A DNA stretch of 64,000 bases, from positions 448,001 through 512,000 of the IMG/VR virus record IMGVR_UViG_3300021431_000075; one strand, 5' to 3'. The position numbers and the translations under genes were made by a program. The notes below the pieces were generated by a model. It worked only from the letters and a program-made list of their open reading frames with translations, was not told the origin of the DNA and made no database searches. Source of the DNA: a virus (lineage: Duplodnaviria; Caudoviricetes). This document shows positions 1-10,691 of the stretch, one piece after another (position 1 is the first letter of the stretch; the number at the start of each line of letters is the position of its first letter).

Positions 1-335
1 TCGAACGGTCTGTTGTACGGTCTTTCCGTATCGCTGTTGTTTATGATTGACGTTGATGGAAATTTTCCGCTTTTGTCTATGTCATTGCCGCTTCCATCCT
101 TCGAGTCTCCGGATGTGTCTGTGTGCGGGAATATGTTCTTGTCGTTGAAGTGGAATCTTCTGTCAATCTCGTCCTGAGGAAGTTCCGGCGGATCGATTTC
201 ATTATAGTCCGAGCTGCACAGGTTGATGTCGTCGAGACTGATTGCCTGCTGACCTTCCATCTCGTCGTTGTTTACTTTCAACAAGTTGAGAATCATGTTT
301 TCAAGATATTCTCTCTGTTCTTCAATCGTTGCCAT
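1..335 (-). CDS. hypothetical protein, 3'-truncated by window edge (MATIEEQREYLENMILNLLK...)
   Basis: ATG at 335, 5 nt after the TAG of the upstream gene; frame stays open to position 1 (hand-translated; absent from ORF track because it has no stop). Confidence 0.75.
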   Translation of the reverse strand, partial: MATIEEQREYLENMILNLLKVNNDEMEGQQAISLDDINLCSSDYNEIDPPELPQDEIDRRFHFNDKNIFPHTDTSGDSKDGSGNDIDKSGKFPSTSIINNSDTERPYNRPF

Positions 336-340
336 TTGCC

Positions 341-2509
341 CTATTCCTTATAACCGTTGTATTGAGCCATCAGAATCTCACTTCCCATTCTCGGAAGGCG
401 CGAGTCGCTGTATATGATGGTGTCTCCGAGTATCTCGACATTCGATAGATGGTTGAAAGTTCCGTCATGGTACTTGATGTCGCAGTCGATGAACAAGTCA
501 ATCATATCTTCGTCTATCAGTTGTGAAAGACTTTTTCGTTTTTCGTTGATGCAGTTCATCTGCTCGTTGATTGACTCATAGTCTATATATAGCGTATTGT
601 TCTTTGACGTGTCGATATGCAATGATTCTGAATCGTTCTTGTCTATCCATTCGTTTATTAACTCGCATTCTACTGAACTGATGACCCTTGTCACTTCTCC
701 GTTTCTGATGAGTCTTAATTCATCCGATATGTATTTGAAAAGACGATATGTCCTTACCGGGTACATCGCGTTTCCGGTCGTTCCTGTTTCTTCGTCGAAT
801 GACGGGCTTATGTCTATGGACTTGTCAAAACCGAGTTTCTCCATGACTTCCCTGTATAGGGCATTGATATTGATTGACGAATGGCTTTTGACAAACGCCT
901 TGTTTGTTTTGTAGTTGGATATGAGCGTTGCAAGTTCCTTCATCATGGGAACGACTGTCTTCAGCATGGCAAAAGCATTATGCAGAAGCGCGATTGTATT
1001 TCTACGCTTTCTTGCACGCTCCATGTCTATCTGTTCTACAGACTTCGCTTTTTCTTCTATCGTCATCAGAGAGATTGGCGGCGTATCATATTCTTCAGCT
1101 ACGGAAGATGAATGAACTGTGTTGTCATCTGATGACGCCGGACTCTGGATGTTCTTCTTGTCGATATCGATGATGATTCTTATGTTGTACTTTCCTGCTT
1201 TGACAGTTGTTTCACCGGAACCGCTTTCCGTATTGCTGTTGTATGTGCTTGCGATTGTTTGTTGAATCATCTTGCATTCCGATGCGTTGAACAGCGAGTT
1301 TCCGTCTGAATCGGTCACGCCGGAAAGGACCTTGTATATCTTCTTTGATATGGATGACTTTGTCGGATCGTCATAGAACATCAGTGTGAACGTCTTTGAA
1401 TCGGCATCCGTCAATATGTCATATGTTTTCTTTATCTTCACTCCTGCGCTGCTCAAGTAGCTGAATCCGGCAGTTCTTGCCGCGTTTTCTGCAAATGCGG
1501 ACGCTTCAGATTCCATATAGTCCAAGTCGGTGAGGTTCTTCATTGACGTGAGAATCTCGTTGACGTTGAACAGAGGAAGCATGTCAATCGTTATGGCAGT
1601 CGAGTCATCTCCAAGACCAAGGTCGTCAAGAAGCCATATCAGGTCGTCAAGCGAGTTCATATTGTCTGCAAGAGTTGTCAGGTTCACGTCTGTCATGCTC
1701 TTGATTGTCTCGGCGATGTCATTGAGAGCGTCCTTGACTTGCAAAACCATGAATGCGTTGTATATCGAGTCTTTCTGTGCATTGAGCCACTCGCTCATCA
1801 TTCTCCTGAATATTTCCGGGTTCGTGTCGAAGTCGAGCCGGACTCCGAGATTCTTCTGTTTCTTAAGTTCCTTGTACTGGCGGTAAATCCCCATGCCCTT
1901 TCTGCAATAGTATTTTATTTGCGCAAGGGACATTCCGAGATAGTGCTGGCATTGTATGTCTATGAGTTCTTCGATTCTGCTCTTTATCGTGTATATCGCA
2001 TCCCTGAGGATGATTAGCACAGATCCTGGGTCCACGACGAAATCCATGACCATGTTGATGTACTCCTGATACTTCTCCGTGAATTTCTTTAGAAATATGT
2101 CCATGACAGAGATTGTCATCTGGAGACCTGCTGTCATGCATGACATCGGGATGTTCACGATATCAAGGTTTGAGATTTCAAGATAACCGCGAAGAACCGT
2201 GGCTGCTGCAAGGTTGGTCGCGTTTTTTGACAGCGCGATGACGTTTCTTGCAAAGTTGATTGTTTCCTCGTTGATGTTCAGAGACTCGTACAGCTTGTTG
2301 ATGCCGCTTTCTGCAAACTCTCCGACCGTGTTTTCAACCATCTCTATGATTGCCTCGACAGCAGTTCTTGTTTTTTCTGCAGCAAACACCATATGGGAAG
2401 TGGCTATCTGCTCGATGCCGCTTCCTATCGTAAGGTTCGCATATTTCTCGAACTGCTGCTTGATTTTCTCCGTGTTTTCCGGCAGTTCGACGATAAACTG
2501 GTTGCTCAT
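341..2509 (-). CDS. hypothetical 722-aa largely helical phage protein
   Basis: long ORF, co-oriented and tightly packed with neighbours. Confidence 0.8.
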   Translation of the reverse strand: MSNQFIVELPENTEKIKQQFEKYANLTIGSGIEQIATSHMVFAAEKTRTAVEAIIEMVENTVGEFAESGINKLYESLNINEETINFARNVIALSKNATNLAAATVLRGYLEISNLDIVNIPMSCMTAGLQMTISVMDIFLKKFTEKYQEYINMVMDFVVDPGSVLIILRDAIYTIKSRIEELIDIQCQHYLGMSLAQIKYYCRKGMGIYRQYKELKKQKNLGVRLDFDTNPEIFRRMMSEWLNAQKDSIYNAFMVLQVKDALNDIAETIKSMTDVNLTTLADNMNSLDDLIWLLDDLGLGDDSTAITIDMLPLFNVNEILTSMKNLTDLDYMESEASAFAENAARTAGFSYLSSAGVKIKKTYDILTDADSKTFTLMFYDDPTKSSISKKIYKVLSGVTDSDGNSLFNASECKMIQQTIASTYNSNTESGSGETTVKAGKYNIRIIIDIDKKNIQSPASSDDNTVHSSSVAEEYDTPPISLMTIEEKAKSVEQIDMERARKRRNTIALLHNAFAMLKTVVPMMKELATLISNYKTNKAFVKSHSSININALYREVMEKLGFDKSIDISPSFDEETGTTGNAMYPVRTYRLFKYISDELRLIRNGEVTRVISSVECELINEWIDKNDSESLHIDTSKNNTLYIDYESINEQMNCINEKRKSLSQLIDEDMIDLFIDCDIKYHDGTFNHLSNVEILGDTIIYSDSRLPRMGSEILMAQYNGYKE

Positions 2510-2519
2510 TTCGGTTTTG

Positions 2520-3212
2520 TTATAAAGGCAGTTTTTCGCGAGTTATCATCGTCTTGAATGCCCAGTAAGAATCTACCAAGTCATCGACTCCTTCTATGAA
2601 GTTGACTTTCGACGTGAGGTCTCCGTTGATGATAGCTTTCTTGAACGGGATGTCATAAGGTTCTCTCGTGAACGCATGAATCATGTTCTTCTTGTCATGA
2701 CGGAGTTCCTTTGTCGCGCAGCCTGCTGTCGATTTCAATGTGATTGGAGAGTATGTGAACAGGCGCTTGAGCATATCTCCGTAGTGCTCGTATATCTTTG
2801 CAAGCAAGACGCCCTTGTATGTAGCAAGGTTCAGCGTAGCGTCTCCCATCGAGTTGTACGAGAGACCTTCTGAACATACATACAGGTTGAACGTGTCATA
2901 TCCGAGAGAGTTCTTTATGAGAGAGTCCAAGTCATTGATAATCATGTTTGCAAGGTCGAGTGAGCGGATTGTGTGAATCAGGACTATCTGCGTGTTCTCT
3001 ATGTTGCTTTTCTTGTTTCTGCTCTTTGTCTCTACCGGTCCGAGTTTTCTTGATATTGCGCGGACGTTGCAGTTCTTGTACTTTTCTATCTTTGAAGCCT
3101 GCAGGTTTGCAGCCCACAGGTAGAAATATATTTTCTTGTCGCAGTATATGGTCGCAGCCGGCTTGTTCATCGAGAAGTCGAAACCTACATATATGTTCGG
3201 AATGTTAGCCAT
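2520..3212 (-). CDS. ruvC: RuvC-like Holliday junction resolvase
   Basis: RNase H-fold motifs VGFDFS, CSEG, DDLVDSYW; start moved to ATG 3212 because an AATAAATA box lies at 3230-3237. Confidence 0.75.
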   Translation of the reverse strand: MANIPNIYVGFDFSMNKPAATIYCDKKIYFYLWAANLQASKIEKYKNCNVRAISRKLGPVETKSRNKKSNIENTQIVLIHTIRSLDLANMIINDLDSLIKNSLGYDTFNLYVCSEGLSYNSMGDATLNLATYKGVLLAKIYEHYGDMLKRLFTYSPITLKSTAGCATKELRHDKKNMIHAFTREPYDIPFKKAIINGDLTSKVNFIEGVDDLVDSYWAFKTMITREKLPL

Positions 3213-3299
3213 TTCTTGAACGATTTTTGTATTTATTGCTCGGATTGCTTGAATCACATTTTTGCAAATAAATAGTCTATAAATAAATTTTTGTGAATA

Positions 3300-5105
3300 A
3301 TGAAAACAGCAAAAACTATTCAGCTTCTTGATGCAAACAATACCAACATATCTCCTGCGGTTTGTATCGAGTCGTTGTATTTTGAGCAGACGAGCGGTGC
3401 AAACACTTACAGAATATCTCTTAAGAACAGGACTGTGATTGCAAGCAATAATATCATCAACAAGACTCCGTCGATGGCACAGAATGATATTAATAAGTTT
3501 ACGATTCCGTATGTTTATGTGAAGAAGTTAAGTTCTGAAAGTTCATTTAATGTATGCGAGTTGAACACTGGTGAAATCAATATCGGAGAAGCCCTTACCA
3601 GATGCGTAAGCACATGGTGCAATACTAATTTTTACAATAAGCAGAATGCATCTGAAAAATTCATAAGAATGGATGAGAACGATCTGGAATTTCCTTTTGT
3701 CAATAGAACAAACGGTTTCTATTGTGGAACAAGTGATGCATCTTTGCACATATATGATGCAAGCGGTCCGGGTCGATTGAGTTGGAAGAACGGAAGTACA
3801 TATATCGGGGTTGATAAGGTGAATGGTATTGACTCGTTGAATATAACAGCAAATGGTACTAATTCTATCACACTTGATACCGAATCCAATAAGATAGCAT
3901 TTGTGACGGAAAATGTTGATATTTTTGCGCCGACCGGAATGAAAGTCGATGTTGGTGATTCTTCATTGTATTTTTCAAAAGTGGATATCGAATCTGTCGG
4001 TTATGTTAATGTCACATCTGGAATGAATGGCAACATCAATGTGAGTTCCGGAAACGATATAGTGTTACGCAGTACTGGAGACATAAGAATCAACCCGGCA
4101 TATGACGAAGACAATGTGACGAATGTATATCTTTATGATTACAGGCTTGAGAGACCGTCAGTTGATATTGATCCAGAAGAGCACAGGATATACGCTTTGA
4201 CGCTTGGTGCGAACTCAAGTGTTATGACATGGAACAAGTTCCCGAAACTTTATCTTAACTCTTTTGGAAAAAGGGACATGGAAACATTTGATGTTCTTGC
4301 GGATAACATAGAAAATACGAGTCTTTACACAAGAGGTCTTGTTTTCTATTCGGATTATAATGATGCATCCGTTCTTCCGGACGCATCAAGAATCCAGATT
4401 CTGTATAATAACAAGAACGACGGTTCCAACACGATTGGTTTCCGTGGATTCAAGTCCGGTGATGTGAAAAAAACATTGCTTGCCGTTCCCGGAAATGATG
4501 CTACTGTTGATGATTTGGTTGATAACAAGTTCGTCAATTTGTGCACGATTAATAACCGGAGCTTGCTTGGCAAGTCAAACATAGAAGTTCTCACACAGGA
4601 AGACCTCAACGGACACCATAAGATTACGTTTGTGAGAAATCCTATTGAAAACAACACATTCAGTATTGTCGGTTCTTATATGACAGAGTTTGACAAGTTG
4701 AGCAATACGGATGCGTCTGAAAGTGGACGTCTTTTCTATATGAGCAAGATATATTTCAGAACAAATGATTGTGTCTATGCAACCGGTTATTATGCATCTT
4801 CTGATGAAAGGCTTAAGGACAATATCGAAGATGTTCCGTCATATGAGATTGAGAATGTTCCATCAATCAAGCAGTTCAACTGGAAGTCTGATGATAGAAA
4901 GAGTTACGGTTTCATCGCGCAGGAACTTATGGAATCCGGTCATGAAGAACTTGTTTCCGAAGACCCGGATGGTATGTTCAGAGTTGACTATAACGCTGCT
5001 CTTTCTCTTAAGTGCGCGCAACTTGAAGAACAGAACAGGAAACTGTCTGATCGTGTTGAAAGACTCGAATCATTGGTTGAAAAGTTGCTTGATGAAAAAA
5101 AATAA
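3300..5105 (+). CDS. tail fibre/spike with C-terminal intramolecular chaperone (peptidase S74-like)
   Basis: SSDERLKDNI cleavage motif, GFIAQEL, terminal coiled coil; TATAAATA at 3278-3285. Confidence 0.85.
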   Translation: MKTAKTIQLLDANNTNISPAVCIESLYFEQTSGANTYRISLKNRTVIASNNIINKTPSMAQNDINKFTIPYVYVKKLSSESSFNVCELNTGEINIGEALTRCVSTWCNTNFYNKQNASEKFIRMDENDLEFPFVNRTNGFYCGTSDASLHIYDASGPGRLSWKNGSTYIGVDKVNGIDSLNITANGTNSITLDTESNKIAFVTENVDIFAPTGMKVDVGDSSLYFSKVDIESVGYVNVTSGMNGNINVSSGNDIVLRSTGDIRINPAYDEDNVTNVYLYDYRLERPSVDIDPEEHRIYALTLGANSSVMTWNKFPKLYLNSFGKRDMETFDVLADNIENTSLYTRGLVFYSDYNDASVLPDASRIQILYNNKNDGSNTIGFRGFKSGDVKKTLLAVPGNDATVDDLVDNKFVNLCTINNRSLLGKSNIEVLTQEDLNGHHKITFVRNPIENNTFSIVGSYMTEFDKLSNTDASESGRLFYMSKIYFRTNDCVYATGYYASSDERLKDNIEDVPSYEIENVPSIKQFNWKSDDRKSYGFIAQELMESGHEELVSEDPDGMFRVDYNAALSLKCAQLEEQNRKLSDRVERLESLVEKLLDEKK

Positions 5106-5197
5106 TAAGATTTTTAAACTTTTTGTCAAAAATGAAGTAATATTTCCGTACGGAAATGATGATAAATAATTTATAATATAAAAATATTTTTATAGAA

Positions 5198-7096
5198 ATG
5201 AAAGTTAATAAAAAGAGACGCGTTAAACTTGACGAGCGTTATAACAGCATCATGAACGTGCTTGCTCGCAAGGTGAAGCGTATTATCGAAAACTGTGACG
5301 CATGTGATGATGAGTTCGACGAGTGCGACAGGTTTGATGAGTGTGGCGATGAAGAGTTTGATGAGGATACATTTGAATGTAACGAAAACTTCCGTAGAAA
5401 CAGAAGCCGCCGTTATTCAAGACTTTATGAAATGGCAAAGACTGTCATCGACAGAAAGATTCTTGCGAATGTTCGTGACAAGATTTCCCGTAACGGTTGG
5501 GATTCTCCATATGGAATCAACTGGCGTAAGGTAGTTTCGCTCCCAAGAAAATTTACACCGGATGAACTTCTTCAGTATTATGTGGCAGCGTTACTTGTCT
5601 ATGGCGAGGATTGCCCGCAGACAGAGGCTGATATCGATAAAATCGGAGTATTCACTAACTATGCACATAAGTTGATTGACGATTACGGATTCACAATTGA
5701 CGACATCAAGGATTTCTATGGAAAGAACGAGAAGATTCAGTCCAAGTCAAGAAAGGGATCTTCACGCGGTTCAAAGGCATACAGGGCAACCAAGGACAAT
5801 CCGGATCCTAACATGAATTTCGATTCAGAAGAAAGTGATGGAGCAGAAGAACCGACAAGCAACAACGGTTATCTTGATAATATTCCTGATGCTGATATAG
5901 AAAACGACTACACTGACGAGAAGCAGTTTTCGGATGAAATCGACAATGATTATGAAGAGGATGAAGATATTATCGACAATGAACCTGCGGATGTCATTGC
6001 AACTGATGATGGTGAAGGAGGTGAAGAAAAAGACTTCCCATCATATGAGGATGCAGACAAAGAGGATTTTGTAGAAGATGATGATGAACCTGTAGAAGAT
6101 GATGATGACATTCCAGTAGAAGATGACGATGATATTCCGGTAGATGACGATGATGAACCAGTAGAAGATGATGACATTCCAGATTATGATGATGTTCCGT
6201 TAGATGATGAAGATGGTGATGAATATGAAGAAGATGTTGAAAGCACCACATCTAATCGTTCGGATATGAAGAGTAGTAAGCCATATCCTGATTATGATGA
6301 CGTTCCAACCGATGGAGATGATGATGAATATGAAGAAATCGTAGATGATGATGTTTTCAATAAGTCAGAAGATGAACGTGAAGATCTTGAAGATCAAACG
6401 GATTTTGCCGACTATGATGAAAACAAGTCTGATAGAGTTCTTGATATTGAAGATGAGGACAAGAAGCCATCTGAATATACATTCGAAGATATCATCAATC
6501 CTAACTTCAATGAAGTCGTTCATAACTACAATCCAGAGAAGTTCAAGCTGGATGATGACGGAAGAATCGGTTTCGATGTGTTCAAGTATGAGACGATAGA
6601 CGAAGCAAACAAGGACTTCATTCCATCCAATAGAGAAGCATCATTCACTATATGGGGAGAGTGTGTAGCACATGCTCTGCTTAAGGTTCAGTACTTGTGT
6701 GAAGATACTTCGAGGACGTTCGGTCAATGCGACAAACAGGTTGCAAGTTTAATCAAGGTGATTAGACGTTATCAGCCTAAGTTCAACGAGCTTATCAGCA
6801 AGTACTTCGATGTTATCGATCATCTCAAGAAGACAGACACATGGTTCCTTGACAATGAAAACAGAGTATCAAATGGCGACATCAAGGTTGTTGGCAATGA
6901 TTGTCAGATAGTTCTTGACATGTTCGACCATATTGATGAAGTATGTCCGTTTGAAAAGTTGGTCGGCATGAAGGCTCGTGATTTTGATTCAAAGTATGAT
7001 TTCGATGAAATTACGAATATCGATAGCAATGAAGAAGAAATCAAAGAATCTTTTCGTTACGGAAGTAGCAGAAGAATGTCAAGAAGAAGACGCTAA
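5198..7096 (+). CDS. acidic-repeat late protein, probably virion-internal
   Basis: 632-aa ORF, basic termini, central D/E-rich repeats; GATAAATA at 5161. Confidence 0.8.
   Translation: MKVNKKRRVKLDERYNSIMNVLARKVKRIIENCDACDDEFDECDRFDECGDEEFDEDTFECNENFRRNRSRRYSRLYEMAKTVIDRKILANVRDKISRNGWDSPYGINWRKVVSLPRKFTPDELLQYYVAALLVYGEDCPQTEADIDKIGVFTNYAHKLIDDYGFTIDDIKDFYGKNEKIQSKSRKGSSRGSKAYRATKDNPDPNMNFDSEESDGAEEPTSNNGYLDNIPDADIENDYTDEKQFSDEIDNDYEEDEDIIDNEPADVIATDDGEGGEEKDFPSYEDADKEDFVEDDDEPVEDDDDIPVEDDDDIPVDDDDEPVEDDDIPDYDDVPLDDEDGDEYEEDVESTTSNRSDMKSSKPYPDYDDVPTDGDDDEYEEIVDDDVFNKSEDEREDLEDQTDFADYDENKSDRVLDIEDEDKKPSEYTFEDIINPNFNEVVHNYNPEKFKLDDDGRIGFDVFKYETIDEANKDFIPSNREASFTIWGECVAHALLKVQYLCEDTSRTFGQCDKQVASLIKVIRRYQPKFNELISKYFDVIDHLKKTDTWFLDNENRVSNGDIKVVGNDCQIVLDMFDHIDEVCPFEKLVGMKARDFDSKYDFDEITNIDSNEEEIKESFRYGSSRRMSRRRR
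6070..6200 (+). repeat. coding tandem repeat, ~24-nt unit (PVEDDDD[I/E])
   Basis: CCnGTAGAwGAyGAyGAT units repeated in frame. Confidence 0.8.
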
Positions 7097-7119
7097 TCAA
7101 TAAGACAAATCTACATATG

Positions 7120-7155
7120 AAAAATAGTCATCAAGAAATTGATGACTATTTTTTT
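7120..7155. terminator. bidirectional intrinsic terminator
   Basis: AAAATAGTCATCAA-gaaa-TTGATGACTATTTT between convergent genes. Confidence 0.8.
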
Positions 7156-7172
7156 AATAACCATTATGACTT

Positions 7173-8501
7173 TTAATCGTCCATCGTTGTCCAGTGCGCA
7201 TGTCTCCTGAGGTCGTCCACATTTGTGCCGGAAGAAGAGTCGATGTACTGATTGATGATGTTTCTTATGTCCTCGTTGTCTTTCTTGATGTCTTCGTTGG
7301 TTTTCTTGACATCCTTGAAACCTTCAACAAGACCACGCACAAGTTTCGCGTTGTATGCGTCGCAATGATGGAAATGGTTTTCAATCGTAAGGAATCTTTT
7401 AGGAACGTTATAGTATTCATCCCAAGATAGCCAGTAGCCGCAATACAATGGAAGCGGAACCGGATGACAGTGTGAGTTGAATCCCCAGTAGTGGTTGTAA
7501 GTCCATCCGGGACAGCAGTGGTTGTGACCTCTGTCTGGTACTCTACTGTTGATGTATTTGGATGCAATCTGTGTATAGCCGTCAATGTCTGTCTCTTCAA
7601 ACGTGTTCTTGTCCTCGTCGTATATGGTTATGTGCGGATAACCCTTTGACTTCATGTACTCGTCGATGTAACTGAGGTCCGGTTCCCCGTCATAAGCCTT
7701 CATGACTGTATGTATATAAAGATAGTCCCTGAATTCTATTCTCCTGTTGAATCCGCATTTCTTGACAATGATGCTCAATTGCTTGTGCCAGTCTTCTTCG
7801 TCTATTTCATAGAACTTTCTCAGGTTCCAGTCCTTGTAGTATTTCGTGTGGTCGAGTCCCTTTCCGATAAGATGCGAGTCAATGATAAAGCCCATCGCAG
7901 TGTCGTCGACGCTCATCTTGTGAACTTTCCACTTCTCGTCGCATTTTACATTGTCCATCTTGATTGCATTGGCGCGATAAGATGCTTTTGTCATGACATC
8001 AATGTAATACTTCTTTGAAATCAGAACAGAGTTTCCCTGCGCATACAGGCAGTATGGATATGGACCGCTGATGTACTTTGATGCAAGAATGGTTCCGCAG
8101 TATATGTTCTCGTCATATGTGTCGAGTCTTTGCACGAATGCGTCAAGAAGCGGCACGTTGATATAAGTCGATGTGTTTGTTCTGAAAATGTAGTCCACAT
8201 CGCAAATCTTCGTATGGAGTGTTTTCAAACACATTAGCGTTTTCTGGTATGTTGAGAAGAAGTCGTCTTTTGTCGGAACATATACAGTGTGGCATTCTTC
8301 GTCTATGATACCAAGATTCTTGTGCTCCGTGTTTCTAAACATTTCATCACTCATTGCAGTGTACGAGTAATATGTTATATTGTCGTACTTGCCGTCGATT
8401 ATATCTTTCGCCCATGTCTGCTCGACAATTTCAACTTCATGGTCAAAGAAGTCGAGATTGCAAGACATGACAAGTATGAGTATTTTCTTCTTTTGTGCCA
8501 T
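7173..8501 (-). CDS. GT-A (GT31/galactosyltransferase-like) glycosyltransferase with His/Cys-rich and coiled-coil C-terminal extension
   Basis: ILILVMSC...TWAK, D-x4-Y-x-KT, DYIFRTNTSTYIN, G...ISK, VDD-x-AMG pattern. Confidence 0.65.
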   Translation of the reverse strand: MAQKKKILILVMSCNLDFFDHEVEIVEQTWAKDIIDGKYDNITYYSYTAMSDEMFRNTEHKNLGIIDEECHTVYVPTKDDFFSTYQKTLMCLKTLHTKICDVDYIFRTNTSTYINVPLLDAFVQRLDTYDENIYCGTILASKYISGPYPYCLYAQGNSVLISKKYYIDVMTKASYRANAIKMDNVKCDEKWKVHKMSVDDTAMGFIIDSHLIGKGLDHTKYYKDWNLRKFYEIDEEDWHKQLSIIVKKCGFNRRIEFRDYLYIHTVMKAYDGEPDLSYIDEYMKSKGYPHITIYDEDKNTFEETDIDGYTQIASKYINSRVPDRGHNHCCPGWTYNHYWGFNSHCHPVPLPLYCGYWLSWDEYYNVPKRFLTIENHFHHCDAYNAKLVRGLVEGFKDVKKTNEDIKKDNEDIRNIINQYIDSSSGTNVDDLRRHAHWTTMDD

Positions 8502-8623
8502 TTTATATGCGGATAGTGACTTTGTTGTCCTTTATATAAGATATTTATCTTATGGAGCAAAAATCAACTGATGCCACAAAACGCAATAAATAGAACAAGT
8601 ATTTAAAAATGTAACTTTATGTA

Positions 8624-10051
8624 ATGCCGCTTATTAGAAGAGGAAGTAGAAGAAGCGCTCAAGTTGAAGTCAATGACAGCAACAAGAAGTCATCAACAAG
8701 GGACATAACGGATTTTCTTAACACCGATTACAAGGAATATGCAAAGTATGTCATTGCAACAAGATGTTGTCCGGGAATGGACGGTCTTAAGGTCGGTGCA
8801 AGGAAGGTGATGCATGCTGCTTTTAACGGAGCGATGAAGAACGGACAGAAAGTCAAGATGATAAACCTGATTGGGGATGTTTATTCTTATACGATGTTCA
8901 TGCACGGCGATGCAGGTCTTGTATCTTCTATATTCACCAAATCAGCGGAGTTTTCGGATAACTTGAATCCGCTGGAGATTGACGGTCAGCACGGTCATCT
9001 GCGCTCGCCGGATGCGAAGTCGGAACCGCGTTATCTTTCAATCAAGTTGTCTAAATATGCAAAGATTCTGAAGGAAGATATGAATCTTCTTGAATATGTG
9101 TTTGATGAAGGACAGTATCTTGAGCCGACCGTGTATCTTCCGATTATTCCACTGGTTCTTGCAAGCAGCCAAATTGGTATGGCTCCGGGTTACAAGTTCC
9201 AGTGTTCTGTCGGTTACAATCCGCTTGACATCATAGACGCTTGCATCGAGTATTTGAAGAAAGAGAAAATCAAGACAAGGATAAGACCTTATGTTCGGGG
9301 AATCAAGTCTGAAAACTTCACATATTCGGAAGAGTCTGGAAGATGGACTAATAACGGAGAGTACAAGATTGACTTGAAGCATGATATGGTTCTCATAAGC
9401 GACTTGCCATATGATGTCACATATAAGGATTTTGAAGATACACTTAATTCTCTTGTCGAGAACGGAACGATCAAAGACTGGAAGAACTACTCGCATGAGA
9501 ATTTTCTTGACTACCGAATCATATACCAGAAGAACACTCTTTCAAGATTGAGCCAGCCGAGCAATGTTAAGCAGCTTGAGAAGTCATTGAAACTCAATAC
9601 AGTTATTCAGCCGAATATTCTTAATGTCATAGACGAGAATGGAAAAGTCCGTTACTTTGAAGATGAGTACAAGTTGATAGAGCATTATGTTTCATGGCGT
9701 CTTGTGAAGTATCAAGATAGAAAGAATAAGCTTGTTGAAGTCCTTGAAGATAAGTTTAAGCATAACAATAGCATATGTGAGTTCATCAGACTTGTCAATT
9801 CTGGAACCATAAAGATTCAGAACAGGAAGAAAGCGGACATAAAGAAAGAATTGAAAGAATATAATCTTCCTGATTTCGTATTGGGGATAGAGATTTCAAA
9901 ACTGACAGATGAAGAGAAGAAAGAACTTGAAAAGAAGAACGATGAAATCAAGAAAGAACTTGAATACATCAAGAATACAGAAATTAAGGAAATGTACCTT
10001 AATGACTTGAAAACATTGAGAAAAGAACTTGCAGAAGATTTTATAGATTGA
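8624..10051 (+). CDS. type IIA DNA topoisomerase breakage-reunion subunit (T4 gp52/GyrA-like)
   Basis: DGLKVGARK, HGD, SEPRY catalytic Tyr, ISDLP. Confidence 0.92.
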   Translation: MPLIRRGSRRSAQVEVNDSNKKSSTRDITDFLNTDYKEYAKYVIATRCCPGMDGLKVGARKVMHAAFNGAMKNGQKVKMINLIGDVYSYTMFMHGDAGLVSSIFTKSAEFSDNLNPLEIDGQHGHLRSPDAKSEPRYLSIKLSKYAKILKEDMNLLEYVFDEGQYLEPTVYLPIIPLVLASSQIGMAPGYKFQCSVGYNPLDIIDACIEYLKKEKIKTRIRPYVRGIKSENFTYSEESGRWTNNGEYKIDLKHDMVLISDLPYDVTYKDFEDTLNSLVENGTIKDWKNYSHENFLDYRIIYQKNTLSRLSQPSNVKQLEKSLKLNTVIQPNILNVIDENGKVRYFEDEYKLIEHYVSWRLVKYQDRKNKLVEVLEDKFKHNNSICEFIRLVNSGTIKIQNRKKADIKKELKEYNLPDFVLGIEISKLTDEEKKELEKKNDEIKKELEYIKNTEIKEMYLNDLKTLRKELAEDFID

Positions 10052-10172
10052 TGAAGATTTTTCATGAATAAAAAAAAACTGACAGACGTTGCTTCTCAGC
10101 AGTTCTGTCAGCCGTTGGATTATTGCTCGTCTAACAACTAATCTCAACAAAAGTTATTTATGTGCTTATTAC

Positions 10173-10688
10173 TTAATTATTCAAGTCAACGCCGCTCGAC
10201 TTGAATTTCCCTTTGTCATATTGTCGCTCCAAAGATCTTTTTAATCTTCTTCTTGTCTTTCCGTCCATTAGATAATGGTGTTCCGTGAAGAATGCTTCGC
10301 CTTGCAAGTACATCATACGCTCTATGTATTCTTTCTTGCGTGCTTCGTATTCTTCTCTTGAATTTTGCTCTTTCTTGCGCTTGTTCAGTTCGTCTCTTTC
10401 TCTGAGCGCTTTCAGTTTCGCGGTTTTCTCTACAAGGAATTCAAGACCTTCCTCTTTTGAAGAAGATGCCTTGAAGTCAATCTTGTCTCCAATCGGTTTT
10501 CCGGGTTCCAAGTCATATGGAGAACTGTATGCGAATGAAACACTCTCATTCGCACCCTTGGTAATCAGTTCGTCGATTTTCATTTCACCGACTTCTTTGT
10601 TGATGAATTTGACGTCGGTCTCATTGACAACTTCGCCGCAGTCTTTAGCGAGGTCGTCGTATATTTCATTCAATTTTTCTTCTTTCAT
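10173..10688 (-). CDS. hypothetical protein
   Basis: 171-aa ORF 3 nt downstream of the sigma gene. Confidence 0.75.
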   Translation of the reverse strand: MKEEKLNEIYDDLAKDCGEVVNETDVKFINKEVGEMKIDELITKGANESVSFAYSSPYDLEPGKPIGDKIDFKASSSKEEGLEFLVEKTAKLKALRERDELNKRKKEQNSREEYEARKKEYIERMMYLQGEAFFTEHHYLMDGKTRRRLKRSLERQYDKGKFKSSGVDLNN

Positions 10689-10691
10689 ATA

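Noticed and set aside
5950-6360. Periodic GATGAT-rich repeats as a CRISPR array
   Set aside because: In-frame low-complexity Asp/Glu coding repeats with no unique spacers; no CRISPR array seen anywhere in the window
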